64,000 nt of DNA, from contig OZ024740.1 in assembly GCA_964016885.1 (NCBI GenBank), positions 247,008,001 to 247,072,000 of the forward strand. Reading direction: 5' to 3'. The stretch comes from Eledone cirrhosa. Lineage: Eukaryota. The notes under the pieces are model-generated. The model did no database searches, was not told where the DNA came from, and worked only from the letters and a program-made list of their open reading frames with translations. Positions 53,472 to 64,000 of the stretch are shown in pieces. Within the stretch, counting starts at the first letter, position 1, and every line of letters starts with the position of its first letter. A program made the translations under genes and the position numbers.

Positions 53472-53632
53472 ATATATATATACACACATATATATACACA
53501 TATATATATATATATATGTATATATGTATATATATATATATACACACATGTATATAAACACACACATATATATATACATATATATATAAACACACACATA
53601 CATATATTTATATATATATATATATACACATA

Positions 53633-53696
<64 letters not shown>

Positions 53697-53717
53697 TATA
53701 TATATATACATATATGT

Positions 53718-53776
<59 letters not shown>

Positions 53777-53883
53777 TATATATATACATATATGTACACA
53801 TATATATATATATATATACACATATATATATATATATATACATATATATATACACACACACATATATACACGCATATATAATT

Positions 53884-53921
<38 letters not shown>

Positions 53922-53945
53922 TCATATATATATATATATACACAC

Positions 53946-53986
<41 letters not shown>

Positions 53987-53999
53987 CATGTATTAACAC

Positions 54000-54080
<81 letters not shown>

Positions 54081-54097
54081 TATATACATATATATAT

Positions 54098-54144
<47 letters not shown>

Positions 54145-54169
54145 TATATATACATATATATATTTATAC

Positions 54170-54202
<33 letters not shown>

Positions 54203-54280
54203 TATATATACACATGTATATATATATACACACACCTGTATATATATGTATATATATATACACACAGATATATATATACG

Positions 54281-54344
<64 letters not shown>

Positions 54345-54413
54345 TATATATAAACATATATATATATATATACACACACACATATATATATAGACATATA
54401 TAGAGATATACAC

Positions 54414-54450
<37 letters not shown>

Positions 54451-54557
54451 CATATATATATAAAAATATATATATATATACACATATATATATATATATA
54501 CACATATATATATATACACATATATATAGATATACACATATATATATATATATACAC

Positions 54558-54589
<32 letters not shown>

Positions 54590-55097
54590 GTACATATGTA
54601 TATATACACATATATATATATGTCTGTATATATATGTGTGTATATATATATATGTATATATGTTCATATGTATATTTATATATATATATACACACATATG
54701 TATATATATATTATATATATGAGCATATATATATGTGTGTGTGTGTATATGTATATATATATATGTATATATATATGCTGCTACTGATACTGGTGGCCGT
54801 TTGACCAACCTCCCTCTGCCTCTATCTTTACTTTCGGCCCTTGAAAAAATTGATTGCACTTCATTTGCCCTCATCTCGGGAACAGTTTGGATAGCGCTAG
54901 TTCGTAATTTAAATTCAAGAATTTTATATTCTTCGAATGAAAAGAACCTTCTTACGAGAATCTTTGTTTGCAACGAAGGCCGTATGGTACCGTTCATTTT
55001 TGAGATTCGAAACCGATTCGGTAAAGGTAACTATAGTAAGTAAAGTCAATTTTTTAAAATATATTTTGAAGCTTTTTCATTATTTGCTAAACCTGAT

Positions 55098-55130
<33 letters not shown>

Positions 55131-55135
55131 GTGTG

Positions 55136-55169
<34 letters not shown>

Positions 55170-55252
55170 TATATATATATACACACACACATATATAATA
55201 TATATATATATACATATATATAATATATATATATATATACATATATATATAC

Positions 55253-55285
<33 letters not shown>

Positions 55286-55364
55286 CACATATATATACAT
55301 ATACATATATATATATATACACATATATATAGATATACACATATATATATATATATACACACAC

Positions 55365-55399
<35 letters not shown>

Positions 55400-55646
55400 C
55401 ATATATATACACATATATATATGTCTGTATATATATATATGTGTGTATATATATATATGTATATATGTACATATGTATATTTATATATATATATATATAC
55501 ACACATATGTATATATATATTATATATATGAGCATATATATATGTGTGTGTGTATATATGTATATATATATGTGTATATGTATATGTATATATATATATA
55601 TGTGTATATATATATGTATATATATATATATGTCTATATATATATA

Positions 55647-55688
<42 letters not shown>

Positions 55689-55846
55689 GAAGGAAATGTG
55701 GTAAGGAACCAGATGGACGATAACGCGTCAAAGTACTCAATACTTGGGGTAGTAGAGTAGGTAAGAGGAACGAGCAGGACCCCGACGGCTGAGCTCAAGT
55801 CATTATATATATTTATATAAGGGCGGTGGATTGGCAGTATCGGTAG

Positions 55847-56616
<770 letters not shown>

Positions 56617-57527
56617 ATATATATATATATATATATATAATAGGATATGTGTTCCTACACGCACAAAGCGCTAAGGGACACATGTAATGTCCAACCATAT
56701 GCCAATGTGGTTCAATGGCAGGTTAATAAATTAACGAGCCAGAACATATATAATCAGGTTTAGCAAATAATGAAAAAGTTTCAAAATATATTTTAAAGAA
56801 TTGACTTTACTTACTATAGTTACCTTTACCGAATCTGTTTCGAATCTCAAAAATAAACGGTACCATACGGCCTTCGTTGCAAACAAAGATTCTAGTCAGA
56901 AGGTTCTTTTCATTCGAAGAATATAAAATTCTTGAATTTAAATTACGAACTAGCGCTAGAGATGAGAGTAAATGAAGTGGAATCAATTTTTTCAATCCTA
57001 TTATTACTTTCTCCTCTATGTTGAGAAAAGATTTGGTCGTTCCGACTGCTGCTAGTGATAGTGGTGGCCGTTTGACCTGCCTCCCTCTGCCTCTATCTTT
57101 AGTTTCGGCCCTTGAAAAAATTTATTCCACTTCATCGTCGAAACGGCTTGAGCTCAGCCGTCGGGGTCCAGCTCGTTCCTCTTACCCACTCTACTACCCT
57201 AAGTATTGAGTACTTTGGTGCGTTATGGTCCACCTGGTTCCTTACCACATTTCCTTCGTTATAGATATATACATATATATATATATACAAATATATATAT
57301 ATATACATATATATACACACACATATATATATATATACACATATATATATATACACATATATATATATATATATACACATATATATATACACATATATAT
57401 ATACACATATATATATATACACATATATATATTCACATATATATATACACATATATATATAAATATATATGTTTATATATATATAGGTGTGTATATACAT
57501 ATATATATATACACATATATATATATA

Positions 57528-57582
<55 letters not shown>

Positions 57583-57610
57583 AGTGTAATTTTCTACACA
57601 AAACGAAGGT

Positions 57611-57900
57611 TATAGAGAAAATTGAGGTTGGTAATGGCACATGGAATATATAAGAGACAGAATACTTTTTTGTGAAAAAACATAATTTTATAAGGTAAGG
57701 AAATAATAAAGGGTATAAAAAATGACCGGTTTCGATGGGTCTGCAAAAGCCATCTTTTCAAATGTTGCAGACCCATCGAAACCGGTCATTTTTTATACCC
57801 TTTATTATTTCCTTACCTTATAAAATTATGTTTTTTCACAAAAAAGTATTCTGTCTCTTATATATTCCATGTGCCATTACCAACCTCAATTTTCTCTATA
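57611..57900. repeat. Inverted repeat (136 bp arms, 18 nt spacer) centred on a hammerhead
   Basis: 57611-57746 is the reverse complement of 57765-57900. Confidence 0.92.
57721..57766 (-). ncRNA. Minimal hammerhead, U3-A8 core variant
   Basis: AT-TTGAAAA-GATGG cttttgcagac CCATC-GAAAC-CG-GTC-AT; weak stem I. Confidence 0.6.
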
Positions 57901-58458
57901 TATATATATATACATATATATGTATATATATATACAGACATATATGTATATATATATATATAAAAAACACACATATATATATATATATATACATATATAT
58001 ATACATATAAACATATATATATTATATACACATATATATATACATATAAACATATATATATTATATACACATATATATATACACATAAACATATATATAT
58101 ATATACACATATATATATATATACACACATATATATATACATATATATATACACATATATATATATACACATATACATATGTACTCATATATATATACAC
58201 ACATATATATATATACATATATATATATACATATGTATATATACACATATATATATACACATATATATATACACATATATATATATACACACATATATAT
58301 ATATACACATATATATATATACACATATATATACATATATATATATATATACATACACACATATACATATATATATACATATATATATATACACACATAT
58401 ATATATATACATATATATATACACATATATATATACATATATATATACACATATATAT

Positions 58459-58496
<38 letters not shown>

Positions 58497-58818
58497 TCAT
58501 ATATATATATACACATATATATATACACTCATATATATATATATATACACTCATATATATATATACACATATATATATATACACATATATACACATATAT
58601 ATACACATATATATATATACACATAAATATATATACATATATATTCACTTATATATACACATATATATATATATACACATAAATATATATATACATATAT
58701 ATATACACATATATATATACACACATATGTATAGACATATATATACAGATATATATATATACATATATATACATATATATATACATATATATATACACAT
58801 ATATATACTCATATTTAT

Positions 58819-58857
<39 letters not shown>

Positions 58858-59054
58858 TATATACACATATATATATATACACATATATATATATACACAC
58901 ATATATATATACACACGTATATATAAACACACACATATATATATATATATACACACATATATATATACACACATATATTTATATACACACACACATATAT
59001 ATATACACACATATATTTATATATACACACACATATAGATACAGATATATATAT

Positions 59055-59159
<105 letters not shown>

Positions 59160-59426
59160 TATATATACATACATATATATACGCACACATATATATATAT
59201 ATACGCACACATATATATACATACATATATATAGGCATATATATATATATACGCACACACATATATATATATCCACATATATACACACACACATATATAT
59301 ATATACACATATATATAGATACACACACACATATATATATATATATGTGTATATATATATATATGTATATATATATGCGTATATATATATGTATATATAT
59401 ATATACACATATATATATATATATAT

Positions 59427-59890
59427 ATCGTCTCCGTTGAACCGGTACGTACTCACGCTCTATGCAAATTAGTCTGCCCACTACTAATTTTCATAGAAAA
59501 AGCATATAACGATATGTGCTTTTACGATTCTCTAGAAAGGCCGGAAGATAGGTAAATATTGCTGATGAGATGTAACAACATCGAAACTAGTCCAATATTC
59601 CTTGTCTGGCTTTCTGGAGAATAGAGGAAAGGTGTTTCCTAAAAAACCAGTATGACTCTAAAAACCGGTTTTTTCTGTGTGTTTACATACAGAATAGCTG
59701 GACACTCACAGTAAAGTGACCAGTGAAAAACTCGGTACATCTACATATGTACACGTGTGTGTATTCATATGCATACTAGTATTTCAGTATACATATGTGG
59801 ATGTACATTTTTAACTTAATTGTTTAAGCGTCAGTCATACAAAAGTGAGTTACAAACGAAACGAAATTTAATTTCGTTTCGTTATTTGTT
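59427..59890 (+). repeat. ~460 nt ORF-less hammerhead element (retrozyme-like), distant homolog of 47781-48200
   Basis: Same order of motifs: tatcgt, ATGCAAAT, hammerhead, tgtttac + hairpin, catacta, terminal gaaa..tttc hairpin; embedded in (TA)n. Confidence 0.6.
59555..59599 (+). ncRNA. Canonical type I hammerhead ribozyme
   Basis: AATATTG-CTGATGA-GATGT aaca ACATC-GAAAC-TA-GTC-CAATATT; stem I extends via AGG/CCT past a TA bulge. Confidence 0.92.
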
Positions 59891-60023
59891 TTTATATATA
59901 TATATAAATACATATATATATACACATATATATATACATATATATATATATATACATATATATACACACATATATATATATATATACACACATATATGTA
60001 TATATATACATATATATATACAC

Positions 60024-60060
<37 letters not shown>

Positions 60061-60175
60061 CACATATATATATATACACATATATATATATATATACACA
60101 TATATATATATATATACACATATATATATATACACATATATATATACACATATATATATACTCACTCATATATAT

Positions 60176-60208
<33 letters not shown>

Positions 60209-60449
60209 CATATATATATACACATATATATATATATATACACACATATATATATATATATACACACATATATATATATCTATATATACAAACATATATA
60301 TATACACACATATATATATATATACACACGTATATATATACACATATATATATATATATATACACACATATATTTATATATACACACACATATATATATA
60401 CACACATATATTTATATATACACACACATATAGATATAGATATATATAT

Positions 60450-60498
<49 letters not shown>

Positions 60499-60681
60499 TA
60501 TATATACATATATATATATATATACGCATACATATATATATATATATACGCACACACATATATATATATAGCCACATATATACACACACACATATATATA
60601 TACACATATATATATACATACATATATATATATACATATATATACACACACACATATATATATATTTATATATATATATAC

Positions 60682-60748
<67 letters not shown>

Positions 60749-60804
60749 CATATATATATACATATATATATATACATATATATACACACATATATATATA
60801 TTTA

Positions 60805-60838
<34 letters not shown>

Positions 60839-60898
60839 CATATATAAATTAATAAAGTAATGAATAAACAAAAAAACAGTTCCTTATATTAAAAAAAT

Positions 60899-61042
60899 TC
60901 ATCATTTTACGATCGTTTCTAGGATATATATGTCTGTTAGTGTTGGTATGCATATTCTATAGATCTATGTAAAATATTTATACAAACTATCAGAGGGAAT
61001 ATACATACCTACACATATATATGCTGTCTTCAGAAATAATGA
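60899..61042 (-). ncRNA. Type I hammerhead with ~100 nt stem II region
   Basis: TCATTATTT-CTGAAGA-...-GAAAC-GATC-GTA-AAATGATGA (9 bp stem I). Confidence 0.65.
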
Positions 61043-61480
61043 TATTTGTTTATTGAAAAAAACAAAGATTTAATACAATATGTCTGTTTGGGAACAGGTT
61101 TTGAATTGACCAATAGAGAGATAGTGAGGGTCAAGATAGTAATCTAGTAGTAAAAGAACCTTAATTTATGGGTAGAGGAAGGTAGATTTCAGTTTTGGAT
61201 GGAAAAGAATATTATGAATGAAAGATTATTTTAGGGATGAAAAAAGGTCGTATGCTGACCTCAGAAATAATTATATTTGTTCATAGAATAAAACCAACAA
61301 AGATTTGATATAGTCTGTCTGTTTGGTAACAGGATTAAAATTAACCAATAGAAAGTTAATAATTGGCCAAATGGTAAAATAGTAGTAATTGAAGTTTATT
61401 TTAGGGGTAGATGAATGTAGATTTCAGTTTTGAATGGAGTGTGGAGAATGAGATGGTTACTTTAGGGGTGAAAATAGGTC
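61020..61480. repeat. Diverged tandem duplication (~230 bp unit) in PLE 3' region
   Basis: tatgctg.c.tcagaaataat.atatttgtt..aacaaagattt at 61020 and 61251. Confidence 0.75.
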
Positions 61481-61776
61481 AGGTCAGTAAAAGGTATACG
61501 AACAGTTGCTGTTATAAAATAGTAATGCCAATGCAAATATCTAAGGATACTAAAATTTTACGATAAGAGTGTTAGTGAAAAAAATACATCCATGAAAAGA
61601 ATATAAATTAATTTAATTGATGGGTATATTTATATTGATAAAATTATACTAATGCATATAGATATGATATATAAGAGTTAGATGTAGTTTAAGAGTGCTG
61701 TTAAAGATGAGGGGAAATTAAAAGAATATAAAAATAATATATATATATATATATATACATACATATACACCCACAT

Positions 61777-61826
<50 letters not shown>

Positions 61827-61944
61827 ATACATACATATATACACATACACATACACATACATACACATACATATAATTATTGGGGGGGGGGATTAAATTT
61901 ATAATAAATATACAGAGATTTCAAGGAACATAGAGTCATAACCT

Positions 61945-62120
61945 ATTGGCAGTATCGGTAGAGGGTCGGACGCCATGCTTTCCAGCATAGTTACGTCCCT
62001 TTACGATCTGAGTTCAAATCCCGCCGAGGTTGACTTTGCCTTTCATCCTTACGGGGTCGATAAAATAAAGTACCAGTAATGCACTGGATAATTGCTGGCC
62101 TTGTGCCTAAAGTAGAAACA
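61945..62120 (+). mobile_element. tRNA-derived SINE
   Basis: Nearly identical to 25731-25905. Confidence 0.92.
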
Positions 62121-62267
62121 ATTATATATGTTTACTTAATGGTATCAGTTTTAGGAAATGATAGTTGTAAGAAGGAAAGTAAAATTATGTAGTTCATCAG
62201 TAGTAGAATATTAATTATAGGTTAACTAAATTAAAACCAGTTTATATATTAATTTCTAAGATGTATA

Positions 62268-63975
62268 TTAATTAGGTTTATAATATTTAAAGGTTTTTCT
62301 CAGTTTGTGATTACACGATATTATTAATTCCTGTCGCTTATTTAATAGGATATCCTTAGATTTCATTATTTGAAAAAGTTCTTGGGAACATAATCTACAT
62401 TCATATCTATTATTTTGATAAGGGGTGGCCCTTTTGAGCACACTCCAGGTCAGGTCATAATCTATATTCCTCTTTCTATAATTATTAATTATTTCAGCTA
62501 GAGATGTTGTATTAGCTAGTGCGGAATTTTTAAAGCTATGTTTGTGGGTATTAAATCTTACCTTAAATTTGTTAGAGGTAGCTCCTATATATGAATAAAT
62601 TGAGTCTTTAGTGTTAACTTTACATTTATATACTATGTTATTAACAAGGCAATTTCCTTTTAATGGGCAGTTTGCCTTGTTTCTACAGTTACAACTTTTC
62701 GTGAATCCTGTATCCGAGGAGATATTATGGTTAGTTTGATGTACTGGTGGTATACTCATGGCTTTTTTACATTTATATGCATTGTAGGCACTTATATTTT
62801 GTTTTATGTTTTTGGTTGTTGAGTAGAAGAATTTAACCGTTGATCTATTTAAAATTTGATGGTATTTGTGGTTTGGCGGGAAGTTCTTCTCTAGGATATT
62901 AAAGAATTTTTTAGGTATATTATCCTTAATTTGTAAATTAAATGGAGCATTATACCAAGTAACTCGTCTATTACGGTTTCGATGTTGTTTATTGTTTTTA
63001 TAGGATGTATCCTGATGTTTATTAAGAGAATTATTGTTAATGACTTCACCACACACCTTTTTAGTTAGATTTATTGATTTAGGTGTTTTAGCTTGTTTAT
63101 TAGGAGTTTTATTATTACCATTTGTTAGAGTTGTAGGATGAGTAGTTTTTTGAGAGTTACTATATTGTATATTAGAAGAGTTAGAGAAATTTGGTTTTAT
63201 GTTGGTATTTTGGGGTATAGTGTGAGTGGCATTTAGGTGTGTATGTTTCATTTGGTGTTTGTTGGTAATTTGTAGTGTTGTTGGTACAAGGTATATATAC
63301 TAATTTATTTTTGTGGCCACTTCTAGCTAGAGCTTCGTTATAAAAGGTCGCATTTTTATCAAATACATCCTGGTTAGACGAAAGGTTAGAAATTCTAAGT
63401 GATATATTATATGCAAGGATTTTAAGGATAGATTTAGGGTGATTAGATTGTGAGTGTATGTAGTGTAAATTTTGGTTAGGTTTATGGTGAGGTTGGTAGA
63501 TACCCGTAGATAAGTCTAATGTTATATCAAAGAAATTAACTACTTTACTTGTGTTTTCAAATGTAATATCTAGACTATAATAGTCTTTAAGGAAAGTTCT
63601 AATAAGCTTTTTATTTTTTTTTCTATCTCTGAAAGGCTAAGGTTATTGGAAAGAAGAAGACAGTCGTCACGATATAAACCACCTTTAAGGTGGGGAAAGG
63701 AAGCATTTATGTTGAAAAGAAGAAAGAGGCCCACAAGATCAGTAATTTGGGCAGAATCACTTGAGCCCATAGTAATATCGAATAGATTACTATATGTGTT
63801 TCTGGTCCAGTATTCATTTTGAAATTCCAATAGTGTTAGTCTGGCATGTGTAATAATATTAATGTCATCCAAAGTTAAGTTAGATCTATTTTTAGCAAAT
63901 ATCAAGGCTTTGTTCAGGAGTATAGGTGATATAGAAGAAGAATAATTATCTATATCAAATTGTAGAAATGAAGCA
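62268..63975 (-). mobile_element. Naiad-type Penelope-like element (RT + GIY-YIG), frameshifted
   Basis: FLQFDI, FDITMGSSD, GGLYRDDCL; VTWYNAPF; CNCRNKANCPLKGNCL..IVYKC..YIGAT..FKVR..CRLCSQE..LLNKRQE..CNH. Confidence 0.9.
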
Positions 63976-64000
63976 GTGACCTCTCAGGGACGAACTGCTA

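Noticed and set aside
57105-57177. Complete U3-A8 hammerhead (CCC-TTGAAAA...GAAAC..GTC-GGG)
   Set aside because: No stem II can form, and the TTGAAAA comes from a separately duplicated block (54840), so it is a chance juxtaposition.

Overview
This is AT-rich animal (non-bacterial) genomic DNA with no recognisable host gene. It is most consistent with an octopod cephalopod, an inference from the SINE families and extreme (TA)n/(CA)n/(CATA)n content. The window is a nested set of transposon remnants: R4/Dong-like restriction-endonuclease LINEs, three Tx1-clade LINEs (one full-length), an RTE fragment with a twin-priming-type 5' inversion, at least five Penelope-like elements (three Naiad-type with YRDD RT and CxC/GIY-YIG), one non-autonomous Helitron and over 10 tRNA-derived SINEs. 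The unexpected layer is RNA structure. About 16 type I hammerhead ribozyme motifs can be folded by eye. They include U3-A8 and U4A core variants, long stem II variants, palindromic pairs, and a ~420-460 nt ORF-less, partly tandem, octamer-bearing retrozyme-like family with covarying stems (47781-48680 and 59427-59890). Many fold-back inverted duplications also occur, several at 5'-truncation junctions. All calls come from reading the sequence by eye; no searches or folding programs were run, and boundaries of degraded elements are approximate.
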